Assembly (NCBI GenBank): GCA_963707985.1
Contig: CAVPRW010000042.1
Location: 96,001-160,000 of the forward strand
Direction: 5' to 3'
DNA from: an uncultured Nitrospinota bacterium
Lineage (GTDB): Bacteria; Tectomicrobia; Entotheonellia; J063; CAVPRW01
DNA length: 64,000 nucleotides
Shown here: in pieces, positions 1-12,196 of the stretch
Numbering within the stretch: position 1 is the first letter of the stretch
Layout: every line of letters starts with the position of its first letter
Made by a program: the position numbers and the translations under genes
The notes under the pieces: generated by a model
The model's input: only the letters and a program-made list of their open reading frames with translations
Databases searched by the model: none
Told to the model about the DNA's origin: nothing

Positions 1-824
1 TGCCCCATCCGCCATAGGAAGTGGCGCCCCTCTTCCTGCGCTTTGTCGTCGGTGTCATTGACGTGGCAGCAAATCATGTAGGCGAAGTGCTCCGGCCCAG
101 GGGTGTATCCAACCTCCGCGGCATGCTTATGGTAAAGCTTGAAGAGATCCTCGGCGACCTCCAACGGCGTCAGAAAGGCGGCGTACGTGTAGCGCTGTCG
201 CGCAGCCCATTCGACCGTCTCTGGGCTGCCGGTGCCAGGCACCCAGATCGGTGGGTGGGGCTTCTGAAGGGGCACCATCCAGGGGTTCACGACACGGAAA
301 TGGAAATGTTTCCCCTCCCACCGGAATGGGCCTGGTGTCGTCCAGGTTTTGATCAGAAGATCGTGGCACTCCTCAAAGCGCTCGCGATTGTATACGGGGT
401 TGGTATTCGTCGCCCAGCTCTCGATGCCGATGCCGCGCACGACCCCGGAAATCAGGCGTCCACCGGAGATAACATCGACCATGGCGATTTCTTCGGCCAG
501 GCGCACGGGATTATCCGTCGTCGGCAGCAAATTGCCGAGAATGAGGATTTTCGCGCGTTGCGTGATGCGCGCCAGAATCCCACCGGTGATATTGACCTCG
601 ACATCCATGCAGGAGGGCGTATTGTGGTGCTCGTTGATCATCAGCCCATCGAAGCCAACCTCCTCGGCATATTGATATTCGTCCAGGTAGCGACGAAATA
701 GCTCGCTGGCCAAGCGCGGATCAAAATAGGTATTCGGGAAGGTCAAGCGCATGGAGGGGAATTTTTCAGCCTCGGATTCGGGAAATTCTGCATAAGGCAT
801 TTCCGTAAAATAGTAGACATCCAT
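1..824 (-). CDS. LLM-class (luciferase-like) flavin-dependent oxidoreductase, 3' end outside window
   Basis: Manual translation from ATG at 824: MDVYYFTEMPY...AEEVGFDGLMINEHH...PVRLAEEIAMVDVISGGRL...PLQKPHPPIW. Not in ORF track because it has no stop in the window. Confidence 0.9.
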   Translation of the reverse strand, partial: MDVYYFTEMPYAEFPESEAEKFPSMRLTFPNTYFDPRLASELFRRYLDEYQYAEEVGFDGLMINEHHNTPSCMDVEVNITGGILARITQRAKILILGNLLPTTDNPVRLAEEIAMVDVISGGRLISGVVRGIGIESWATNTNPVYNRERFEECHDLLIKTWTTPGPFRWEGKHFHFRVVNPWMVPLQKPHPPIWVPGTGSPETVEWAARQRYTYAAFLTPLEVAEDLFKLYHKHAAEVGYTPGPEHFAYMICCHVNDTDDKAQEEGRHFLWRMG

Positions 825-869
825 CCCAAAGCCTCCCTGACCATGGTGATGAGGACTGAATTCTTCCGC

Positions 870-1652
870 TCACAGGAACTCGGAGACGATGCTGACCAAC
901 TCCTGGGGCTTTTCGATCGGCGGCACGTGCCCACACTGCTCCATGATCACCAGTTGCGAGCCCCGGATGTTCTGATGATAAATCTCGGCGCAATTCAGGG
1001 GCATGATTGCATCCTGCCGGCCCCAGACTATCAGTGTCGGCAGTCGCAAGCGCCGCAGCAAAGACGGTAAACGCGGGTCATGCATATAGGGCTTCCAGGT
1101 AATGCGGGCCGCCATCTCATGATTGCGGGTAAGCAGATCTTGCTCCTCAGGTGTTGGCGGCGAGCCGTATAACTGCTCATACTCCGGAGCTTGTGTGGGA
1201 TCATGGAACAACTTTGCCGTGAATTCTGCCGGGGATAGGAGAAAAATATCGGTGATCTCGCCTTGCGTCGGTTTGACGCCTGCCGCTCCCACCAGGACCA
1301 GTCGCTCGAAGAGGTGTGGACACATGACCGCCATCTCCGCCGCCAACCAGCCGCCAAGCGCCATACCCATCACCCGTATGCGTGATAACCCAAGGTCCTC
1401 CAAGGCCCAGAGATAAAAACAGGCCAGGTCAGGGACAGAGGTGATCCATTCCGGCTGATCCGATGTCCCAAAGCCTGGATGGTCGGGAACATAAACTTCG
1501 AAACGCCGCGCCAACAATTGTGCATATTGCAACCATCCCTGGTTCCCACCAGCGCCGTGCAGAATCAACAGCGGCTCACCCTGGCCCCCACGCAGCAGGT
1601 GTAGTTTCGTTTCGGCGACCTCGACGAACGTGTCGGTGTATCCGTCGGCCAT
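870..1652 (-). CDS. Alpha/beta fold hydrolase
   Basis: LHGAGG oxyanion loop, PGFG, GMALGG at the nucleophile elbow (Ala where Ser is usual), WGRQD, CGH. Confidence 0.85.
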   Translation of the reverse strand: MADGYTDTFVEVAETKLHLLRGGQGEPLLILHGAGGNQGWLQYAQLLARRFEVYVPDHPGFGTSDQPEWITSVPDLACFYLWALEDLGLSRIRVMGMALGGWLAAEMAVMCPHLFERLVLVGAAGVKPTQGEITDIFLLSPAEFTAKLFHDPTQAPEYEQLYGSPPTPEEQDLLTRNHEMAARITWKPYMHDPRLPSLLRRLRLPTLIVWGRQDAIMPLNCAEIYHQNIRGSQLVIMEQCGHVPPIEKPQELVSIVSEFL

Positions 1653-2013
1653 CCCGTATCCTCCATGCTTCTGATGCTGATCGCAAGAACCAGGCGATGC
1701 TCGCGCTCTTGCCCCTCCAGCAGCACTGCGCCAGGGAGAACTTCCCCCTCCTGTTCCCGCGTACCCTAGCGGAGCCCATCTCCCCTGTCAAGCGCATTCG
1801 CCTGCAACCTCAAGATTCCGACTGAAGTTAGGTCGTGAGCTGGGTCCACATTGAGTGACCTAAAGCCGCCAGCGGGATCCAGTGTCGCGGAAAGAGTCCC
1901 TGACGCTAGGGCATCGTGCTTCTGGGGGCCGGCTGTCCATAGGCAAAAATTAACGACCACCCTGGCACTCTCTCACCATCATGCCTTGCATTGATCATGT
2001 AAACAGTGGATTT

Positions 2014-2520
2014 TTATTGATATCGAACGTACGCCAAGGCGATGTAGCTCATGAAAAATATGATCACGACAGAGGCAAGTACGACGCGCGTCAGCATAAG
2101 TGGAATATTTTGCTTCTGTCGTTCCAGATGCCAATATTTGAAGGGATTCACCGGGCTACTCTCAGTCTCCCGCTCGCCCCAATTAAATCTTTGTGCCGCA
2201 TCTATCCAAATCTTTTGGTAACTCGACCCAGTCCATGTGATAAGTGCCCAGGCAGTGCAAAGAGCTAGACCTAATACTAAGGTAATCAGCACTTCCGGGT
2301 TCGTATAGTGTTCCCTCATGGCAAAGAATGAGAAGATACCTGAATTCGCGAGAAGCATAATATTATAGCGCTGCCAAAGTCCGGCAACTTCCTGATTAAA
2401 GAGAAGCACATGGGCGGTGAAAAGCTCTGTCGTTGCCGTATCTGAGTAGTGCTGGGTCGGCGATAGCTCCGCCGTTGGGTGTACCGTGCACGGATTCGCT
2501 GTGTCTGATTGCTCGCTCAT
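2014..2520 (-). CDS. Small multi-pass membrane protein of unknown function
   Basis: 168 aa ORF, GGAGG RBS before ATG 2520, three hydrophobic segments, visibly more AT-rich than neighbours. Confidence 0.65.
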   Translation of the reverse strand: MSEQSDTANPCTVHPTAELSPTQHYSDTATTELFTAHVLLFNQEVAGLWQRYNIMLLANSGIFSFFAMREHYTNPEVLITLVLGLALCTAWALITWTGSSYQKIWIDAAQRFNWGERETESSPVNPFKYWHLERQKQNIPLMLTRVVLASVVIIFFMSYIALAYVRYQ

Positions 2521-2847
2521 GTTGTCCTCCCTACGAAGTGTCTGTTAGCGCTCCGCTTCGCCGATGCAGAAAGTCTGTATCACGGTGTGGCGTCCCCTTC
2601 CATTCCTCTTTCGACTGGTAGTCGGCTGCTATCGCTCATGATAATACACGCTCCCTTGGTGTGTCTCGAACGCACTGGGCAGGTACAGCGGTAGGGGGCT
2701 CTCAGAGCAAGACCCCAGCTTATGGGTGAATTTCTGCACGGCTGCTGATGGGAAATTGGCTTTGACTTCGGACGTTGAGATACGCTACAGTCGACGCCAA
2801 TGACCAGCATTTGAGCAGATGTCCGGTAGGCACGCAGGAGGAGAGCA

Positions 2848-4212
2848 GTGATGCACGCAAGTCAGCGGCTGGCGCAAATGTTTGACGCGGCCGAGGAATT
2901 GGCAGAGTACCAACGGCAAAATCCCACCTCGCTTAGCCGCTTCGAGCAAGCCAAGGCTGTGATTCCCGGCGGGAATACACGCTTAACAGCGTACTTCGCG
3001 CCCTATCCTTTTTATGCTGTGAAAGGAGAGGGTAGCCGGATTTACGATCTGGACGGTAACGTGCGCCTGGATTTTTACAATAATGCGACTTCCCTGATCT
3101 TCGGCCATGCCTACCCGCCGGTGGTGGCAGCCATCAGCGACCAGGCCAGCAAGGGGACGGCCTTCGCCATTCCCACGGAGCCGGAGGTCGAGCTCGCACA
3201 ACTGTTGACCTCACGTCTACCCTCGGTCGAGCAGATCCGCTTCACGAATAGCGGCACCGAGGGGGTGCTGTTTGCTATCCGGGCCGCCCGCGTGTTCACA
3301 AGTCGGGAGAAAATCGCCAAGTTCGAGGGGGGCTATCACGGCACGGCCGATCATGTTGCCATCAGCGTGACACCGGATCTCGCACTCACTGGCGACGCGC
3401 ATCAGCCCATACCAGTGCCGGCATCGGCCGGTATCACGCGTAACACTGTTGATGACGTGCTGATCTTGCCGTTCAATGACCTCGAAGGTACCACTGCCCT
3501 CCTGACCGCCCATCAAGGTACCGTGGCGGCGGTGCTCGTCGAACCGATTCTAGGCTCATGCGGTTATGTCCCGGCCCATCCCGAGTTCTTGCGCGGCTTG
3601 CGCGACCTTACGCAGCGTCTTGATATTTTACTGATCTTCGATGAGGTGCAGACGTTCCGCCTGTCATCCGGTGGTGCTCAAGCTCTGCTGGATATTATGC
3701 CCGATCTGACGGTGTTGGGGAAGATCATCGGCGGCGGGCTGCCGGTTGGCGGTGTGGGGGGCCGGAGCGCTGTCATGGCTGCCTTCGATGCCAGTGTAGG
3801 CATACCGAAGATTCCGCATGCCGGAACCTTCAACGGTAACCCCGTGACCATGCGCGCTGGCCTGTCGACGCTGCGGGATTTGGACTCAGCGGCATTTGAT
3901 CACCTGAATCAGAGGGGCAGCAACTTCCGGACGCGTGTGCAGACGCTGTGCGCTCGCTATGACGTCCCTGTCCAGGTGACCGGTGCGGGGTCGCTGTTTG
4001 GCATCCATTGGAGCGTCGATCCCGTCACCGACTATCGCAGCTCTGCACGTGCCAACAAATCCTTGTCCTACAAATTTTTCCTACACGCCCTCAACAACGG
4101 GATTTTCTTCACCACTCGTGGCGGTGGCTGCCTATCGTTGCCAATGTCCGACGCCGAGATAGGAGCATTCCTCGATGTGCTTGAGGGATTTCTAAAGAAA
4201 ATCACGGCTTGA
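2848..4212 (+). CDS. Class III aminotransferase (glutamate-1-semialdehyde aminomutase-like)
   Basis: FTNSGTE, FEGGYHG, IFDEV, GKIIGGGLPVG (PLP Lys), HAGTFNGNP. AGGAGG RBS upstream. Confidence 0.9.
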   Translation: MMHASQRLAQMFDAAEELAEYQRQNPTSLSRFEQAKAVIPGGNTRLTAYFAPYPFYAVKGEGSRIYDLDGNVRLDFYNNATSLIFGHAYPPVVAAISDQASKGTAFAIPTEPEVELAQLLTSRLPSVEQIRFTNSGTEGVLFAIRAARVFTSREKIAKFEGGYHGTADHVAISVTPDLALTGDAHQPIPVPASAGITRNTVDDVLILPFNDLEGTTALLTAHQGTVAAVLVEPILGSCGYVPAHPEFLRGLRDLTQRLDILLIFDEVQTFRLSSGGAQALLDIMPDLTVLGKIIGGGLPVGGVGGRSAVMAAFDASVGIPKIPHAGTFNGNPVTMRAGLSTLRDLDSAAFDHLNQRGSNFRTRVQTLCARYDVPVQVTGAGSLFGIHWSVDPVTDYRSSARANKSLSYKFFLHALNNGIFFTTRGGGCLSLPMSDAEIGAFLDVLEGFLKKITA

Positions 4213-4639
4213 TGATGGTCGAAGGCCGATCTCGTGCGTCGATCCTCGTAAAGACGACAGCGGTCCATAGCGACGCGACAATCACTGTTTGAGCTGTCTT
4301 CTCAGACCTTCTCGATAGACTTGCCCGCGGGCGTATCCCCGGCGAAATGCCAATGCGGGTATATCACCAGCTAATTCTCGCTATGAGAGGTCAGCCGAGG
4401 CATGTCTCTCGTGTTGAGAGGTCTCAACACTGCAGAGTAAGGTTGCACTCGATCTTATGCGGAAACGAATCTAGCCTATGATACCCAGCGCGTAGACAAG
4501 CCCCTACCTTCGTCCACATAATGAAAGCCGCAGACATGTCATACCTGCCCTCCGAGACATCATCCGACGTGGCAGCCGGTGCTCTTGCCTTTCGTTGAGG
4601 TCGCACTGCTGCTAGAATAGACGCGAAGGAGGGAAGGCG

Positions 4640-5443
4640 ATGCCAAGTCCTTTTCCAGGCATGGACCCATATCTAGAAAGCCCACGTTACTGGCAGGATT
4701 TTCATGACAGTTTCATTACGTATGCCCGTGAGGCGCTCCAATCGCAGCTGCCTCGCCGTTATCGCGCACGTATCAGTGAGCGGCTTGTGCTGGAAGCCAC
4801 TGACCGCGTGATGATTCCCGATATCACCGTGGTACGGCATCCTGTGCCGCGTCCACCGGTCGCTGGAACACCTGACGCAACAACCGCTGTAGCCGCGCAA
4901 GCGGACGAACCAGTCATCTTCGCGGCGCTCATGGACGACCTGCGTGAGCCCTATATCGAAATCATCGACCGTGCTGGTCAGCGTGTGGTCACAGTTATCG
5001 AGGTGCTGAGCCCCATCAATAAAAGGCTAGGTGAAGGGAGAAACCGCTACCTTGAAAAGCAGCAGGAGGTGTTACGAGGTAGCACGAATATGCTGGAAAT
5101 CGATCTACTGCACGAGGGCTCGCACACCGTTGTGGTACCCCGTCCCCATTTGGAGCGGCACGAACCTTTCCACTCACTGGTGTGTGTCTGGCGTACGGCT
5201 AATCCCTTGTATTGCGAGGTCTATTTTGTACGGCTGCAAAACCGTCTGCCACGCATTCGCACCCCGCTGCTTCCCGGAGACCCGGACGTAGTGCTGGACA
5301 TTCCAGCCATCCTGACGCGTTGCTACGATGCTGCTCGCTACGACCTCGACCTGGACTATACCCAGCCCCCACCAATTGCCCTGTCGCCTCCTGAGCTCGC
5401 CTGGTTGGAGAGCTGGCTGCGAGAACAGGGCCGGCGTGCATAG
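4640..5443 (+). CDS. DUF4058 family protein (restriction-endonuclease-like fold)
   Basis: Diagnostic N-terminus MPSPFPGMDPYLE, IEVLSPINK, EIDLL, DYTQPPP. Confidence 0.88.
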   Translation: MPSPFPGMDPYLESPRYWQDFHDSFITYAREALQSQLPRRYRARISERLVLEATDRVMIPDITVVRHPVPRPPVAGTPDATTAVAAQADEPVIFAALMDDLREPYIEIIDRAGQRVVTVIEVLSPINKRLGEGRNRYLEKQQEVLRGSTNMLEIDLLHEGSHTVVVPRPHLERHEPFHSLVCVWRTANPLYCEVYFVRLQNRLPRIRTPLLPGDPDVVLDIPAILTRCYDAARYDLDLDYTQPPPIALSPPELAWLESWLREQGRRA

Positions 5444-5572
5444 CACACAACAGCGCCAGGGGCTGTACCAGGCACAAGGGAGGAGAGGGGGCAGGTGGGT
5501 AGTCTCTGTTCCCTGTGTTTTGATCCGCATACGTTTCTCTGTTAGGCCACCTTGCCAAGATATATCCCACCC

Positions 5573-6400
5573 TTAGGATTTCCGTACGATACGATCGATT
5601 TGGATGATCTGGGCAAGCAAGGCCGCCAGGTCCTCCAGGCGCAGCATGTTAGGGCCATCGGAGGGAGCTTGGTCGGGGTCGGGATGAATCTCCATGAACA
5701 GGGCATCACAGCCGGTGGCGACGGCGGCACGCGCTAAGTGGGGGACGAATTCACGCTGGCCAGACGAGGCTGTGCCCGCCCCGCCGGGGAGTTGCACGCT
5801 ATGCGTGGCATCGAAGACGACCGGCACGTCGAAGGAGCGCATGATGACCAGCGAACGCATGTCGGCCACCAGGTTATTGTAGCCGAAGGAGGCGCCACGC
5901 TCGGTCAGTAGCACCTGATCATTGCCCACCGAGCGCACTTTCTCGACGATGTTCTTGGTATCCCACGGGGCCAGGAATTGGCCCTTCTTGACATTGACCG
6001 GCTTGCCGGTCCTGGCCGCGGCAACCACCAGATCGGTCTGACGACACAAGAAGGCTGGGATCTGTATCACATCAAGGACCGCAGCTGCCGGTTCGACTTC
6101 TTCTACGGCATGGACATCGGAAAGAATGGGGACGCCGACGACGTCTTTGATCTTCTGCAGAATTTCGAGCCCTTTCTGCAAGCCAGGGCCGCGGTAGGAA
6201 TGGATCGAGGTGCGGTTGGCCTTGTCGTAGGAGGATTTGAAAATGAACGGCACGGCCGCCTTAGCAGCGATGTCGCGCAGGCGGAACGCCACGTCCAGCA
6301 TGAAAGATTCGCCTTCAATGGCACAGGGTCCGCCGATCAGGGCCAGCGGATGACCCACGCCAATAGTGATAGAGCCGATCGTTACGGGATGCATGGTCAT
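5573..6400 (-). CDS. kdsA: KDO 8-phosphate synthase
   Basis: [50 protein letters not shown]. Confidence 0.97.
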   Translation of the reverse strand: MTMHPVTIGSITIGVGHPLALIGGPCAIEGESFMLDVAFRLRDIAAKAAVPFIFKSSYDKANRTSIHSYRGPGLQKGLEILQKIKDVVGVPILSDVHAVEEVEPAAAVLDVIQIPAFLCRQTDLVVAAARTGKPVNVKKGQFLAPWDTKNIVEKVRSVGNDQVLLTERGASFGYNNLVADMRSLVIMRSFDVPVVFDATHSVQLPGGAGTASSGQREFVPHLARAAVATGCDALFMEIHPDPDQAPSDGPNMLRLEDLAALLAQIIQIDRIVRKS

Positions 6401-6525
6401 GTGGGTTTGTCCTTGCGTTTGTGATCTTCGCGCCTCAAACGATTCACCACGAAGACGAAAATCACTAGAAACACCAATGTGTTGAGTCTTGTGACGGTGT
6501 GGTTATCCATCATCCCTTCACCCCG

Positions 6526-6546
6526 CCCTCTCCCGGAGGGAGAGGG
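6526..6546. repeat. REP-like palindrome CCCTCTCCC-GGA-GGGAGAGGG
   Basis: Perfect 9-bp inverted repeat in the pyrG-kdsA spacer. Confidence 0.65.
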
Positions 6547-6587
6547 CGCAAGGGTGGAATTTTTCTCCCCGATGGCGAATAAGGCCG

Positions 6588-9073
<2,486 letters not shown>

Positions 9074-9098
9074 ACCTGCTTTTCCCTGAGTTTTTGGA

Positions 9099-9128
9099 AC
9101 TATAGCATACCTCTACAGAGGTCGTCAA
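9099..9128 (-). promoter_or_regulatory. Putative sigma70 promoter of kdsB-pyrG-kdsA
   Basis: Minus strand TTGACG-18bp-TATAGT with TG extension. The spacer contains the palindrome ACCTCT-AC-AGAGGT (9109-9122). Confidence 0.55.
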
Positions 9129-9288
9129 ACAGCGCCTCGATTACGCCGCTCCTCGACGGCAGCCCAGCTGATGCAGAGCCTCGACAAACGCCTGCGCCGT
9201 GGAGACAGCCCCGAACACCGTATGGTCAATCGTACGGGACGGCTTTCACGGTCTCAGCCATGGCTCGGTCCTCCCTGCATCACACCGG

Positions 9289-10674
9289 TCAGCTTTTTGG
9301 GGGCATTTGCCGTGCCTCGATGGCGGCAGCCACCTCGCGAGCCTGCAGCGCTCCTCGTTCAGCAAACTGCGGACAAAGCCCGGTATAGCGCGCCGGGTCC
9401 AACAGGGCATCGATCTGCACTGGGGTGAGATGTGCGGTCACCCGTTCATCTGCCGCCAGCAACTCATGAAAGGCACGCCCCTGAGTAGCAGCCTCTTGGG
9501 CGGCATCGTACACAACGTCATGCGCGCGCTGACGCCCGATCTGCTTGCCCAACTCCAGCATGAGGGATTCCGACATGATCAGCCCACCCGACAGATCGAG
9601 GTTTCGACGCATGCGCTCGGGGAATACTTGCAAACCGCTCAGCACGACAATGAGGCGCTGCAGAATCTCGCTCGTCAGCATGCAGGCCTGTGTCACCGCC
9701 CGATCCATCATCATGCTGGTGGTGCGATCGGCTTCATGTTCGGTCTGCATCGCCTCCAGCGCCAGCGGCACCAGGGCGCGAACCTCCGCAGCGGCAGCCA
9801 CAATGTCCTGCGTGAGCTTCGGATTGCGTTTCTGCGGCATGGTGCTGCTGCCCACCGTGCCCGGTGGCACAGGTTCCTCAACTTCGCCGAATTCTTGTTT
9901 CATCAACGTATAGATCTCGCGTCCGATTTTGCTGCAGGTGGCGGCAAGAAGTCCCAGCAGGGCAACATACTCGGCCTGGTGATCACCAAGGGTGCGCGAC
10001 GGCACCGTCATCGACCCCATGCCGAGGCGGACAGCCATTTTGTCCTGTGTCACCAAGCCAATCTCACCCAATGATGCGAGCGTGCCGGCACCGCCGCCCA
10101 GCATAGCGACGAACACACGCCCCTCACAACCTTGCAGACGCTCTACATGTCGGCAACATTCGTCGATCCACACCGCCACCTTCGAGCCGAAGGTCGCCGG
10201 TACGGCGTGCTGACCATGGGTGCGCCCCGGCAGTAACATGTCTTTGGTGCGCTCCGCCATGTCGGCCATGGCGCGCAGGATGGACGCCAGTTGTGCCAGG
10301 AAAATATCATGGGCGCGGCGCAGGAGTAGAAGTTGACCTGTTTGGGTGATGTTCTGTGTTGTGGCACCCCAATGCACGTATCCGCCGGCGTCGCCCTCAC
10401 ACACGCGGTCCAGCTCCCAGATCAGCGGCACGAGCGAATGGCCGGTGCGCGCCAAGCCGGCGTGGATGTTGTCCAAATTGAGCAACGACAGCTGGGCTTT
10501 GCGCGTGATCTCTTTGGCGGCGCTCTGTGGGATGATTCCCAACTCCGCCTGAGCTTGGGCTAAGGCCGCTTCCACGTCTAGCCACGCCTGATAGCGCGAT
10601 GCTTCTGCGAACAGTGCCTTCACCCCAGGGTCTTCGATGCGGTATGCGGTAGGCTCCCCTGGCTCCCCAAGCAT
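9289..10674 (-). CDS. Adenylosuccinate lyase / 3-carboxymuconate cycloisomerase family protein
   Basis: HWGATTQN, GRTHGQHAVP, signature GSSTMPQKRNP. Confidence 0.88.
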   Translation of the reverse strand: MLGEPGEPTAYRIEDPGVKALFAEASRYQAWLDVEAALAQAQAELGIIPQSAAKEITRKAQLSLLNLDNIHAGLARTGHSLVPLIWELDRVCEGDAGGYVHWGATTQNITQTGQLLLLRRAHDIFLAQLASILRAMADMAERTKDMLLPGRTHGQHAVPATFGSKVAVWIDECCRHVERLQGCEGRVFVAMLGGGAGTLASLGEIGLVTQDKMAVRLGMGSMTVPSRTLGDHQAEYVALLGLLAATCSKIGREIYTLMKQEFGEVEEPVPPGTVGSSTMPQKRNPKLTQDIVAAAAEVRALVPLALEAMQTEHEADRTTSMMMDRAVTQACMLTSEILQRLIVVLSGLQVFPERMRRNLDLSGGLIMSESLMLELGKQIGRQRAHDVVYDAAQEAATQGRAFHELLAADERVTAHLTPVQIDALLDPARYTGLCPQFAERGALQAREVAAAIEARQMPPKS

Positions 10675-10948
10675 GGTGCGCTCCTCCTCAGCTCATGACC
10701 ACGCTGCAGCGCTCGCCACCGCTGCCCTCATGGTCTACCCTGCACTCATGTCGCTCGATAGCCCCACATCTGGGACAACGGTTAGCAGTGTAAAGAGCGA
10801 CCCGCGACGGGTCAAGCAAAAGGTGGCACCTCAACGGTCAGACAGTCCTAGAGGTGCTCACGGCTGAGGCACCGCTTTTGAGGGTGATCCAGCGACCAGA
10901 GTTGGGTCCATTGAAAGGGCTTGCGATCCAGGCAGTGACGCATATCAC

Positions 10949-10977
10949 TTGCCTTGGCCATCGACCCCGGCTATAGT
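10949..10977 (+). promoter_or_regulatory. Putative sigma70 promoter
   Basis: TTGCCT-17bp-TATAGT upstream of the Tim44 gene. Confidence 0.45.
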
Positions 10978-11177
10978 TTGAGTGTATTTCCAACACTGTT
11001 GATGCAATGCTTGACCTGTGACCTCACGAGCCCCGAGATGCTCTCCCTGTGAGGCTTGCGCGCAATGCCTGCACGGTGGCAGCAATCTTCCTCACCACGC
11101 GAGAGCACACTCGTTGACTCGTAAAGAGAGCTGGCACGGTGATCAAGATGTCAATCAGCCTTGAGAAGGAGAGAACT

Positions 11178-12147
11178 ATGCAGCGATCAGTCGTTTTGAC
11201 CGCTCTTGGCGCGTTGTTCCTGGCGACGCTGTTATGGTCCGTGGACGCGTGGGCTCGCGCAGGTGGCGGTGGATCGAGCGGTAGTCGCGGCTCGCGCAGC
11301 TTTTCTGCGCCAGCGCGTCCCGACTATCAGTCCGTCATCGCCCAGCCGTCAGGCCGTCCCACCGTCAGGATTTCAACAATCCACCCCGCAGCGCTCTGGT
11401 TGGATGAGAGGCCTGATGGGGGGCATCGGCGGCTTCCTGCTGGGTGGGCTGCTCGGTAGTCTGCTTTTCGGCGGCATGGGCGGCATGGGAGGTGGGCTCT
11501 TCGGTGGCATTGGGTTCATGGAGATCCTGCTCATCGCTGGGGGTCTATATCTCGTGTATGCGTATATGCGGCGGCGACAGCAGCCAGCACCTGCATCGTC
11601 ATATGGGTATACACCACCGCAAGCATCTGACAGCCGTAGCTGGCAATCCGGGTCGACGTCGGCACCGTCGGCGACCATGGACATGCCAGATGCCTCAAGC
11701 GATTTGGAGCGTGGCCTCGGGTACATCCGCCAGATGGACACTGGGTTCGATCCACGTCGTTTCAACGATACCGTTTCTGATCTGTTCTTCAGGGTGCAGG
11801 GCGCTTGGATGGGACGGGATATGATCCCGGTGCGTGACCTGCTCACCGCTGAAATCTATGAAACCATGCAAAAAGACTGCGAGCGCATGCGGGCCGAGCA
11901 TCACGTCGACCGCATGGAAAACATTGCGGTGCGCTCGGTAGAGATCACCGAAGCCTGGCAGGAGAGTGGGCGCGATTACGTGACGGTACACTTCCTCGCC
12001 AGCATGCTCGACTACACCATCGACGAGCGGACCAATGACGTGATCAAAGGCAGCCGCAATGAACCCGTGAAATTCGAGGAATATTGGACGTTTGTCCGCC
12101 CGGTGGGACCGAACCCCTGGCGGCTGAGCGCCATCCAGCAAGCATAA
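11178..12147 (+). CDS. Tim44 domain-containing membrane protein (one frameshift near 11325)
   Basis: Signal peptide + RAGGGGSSGSRGSRSF in ORF 11139, continuing in ORF 11206 with Gly-rich TM region and C-terminal FEEYWTFVR...WRLSAIQQ. Confidence 0.85.
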
Positions 12148-12179
12148 TCGACTGTGTGGCAAGCATAATCGACCGTGTG
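12138..12179 (+). repeat. Tandem 21-bp duplication spanning the Tim44 stop codon
   Basis: GCAAGCATAATCGACTGTGTG followed by GCAAGCATAATCGACCGTGTG (1 mismatch). Confidence 0.85.
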
Positions 12180-12196
12180 CATGGAAGGAGACCAGC

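Noticed and set aside
21..701. 226 aa + strand ORF
   Set aside because: Antisense shadow of the LLM oxidoreductase on the minus strand
1828..1863. 7-bp inverted repeat TTAGGTC...GACCTAA
   Set aside because: Too short to distinguish from chance, and wrong orientation for attC
2848..4212. Calling the aminotransferase hemL
   Set aside because: Family motifs only, with no heme-pathway context. Paralogues are common.
9289..10674. Calling the lyase purB or pcaB
   Set aside because: The superfamily signature does not discriminate, and there is no supporting neighbourhood
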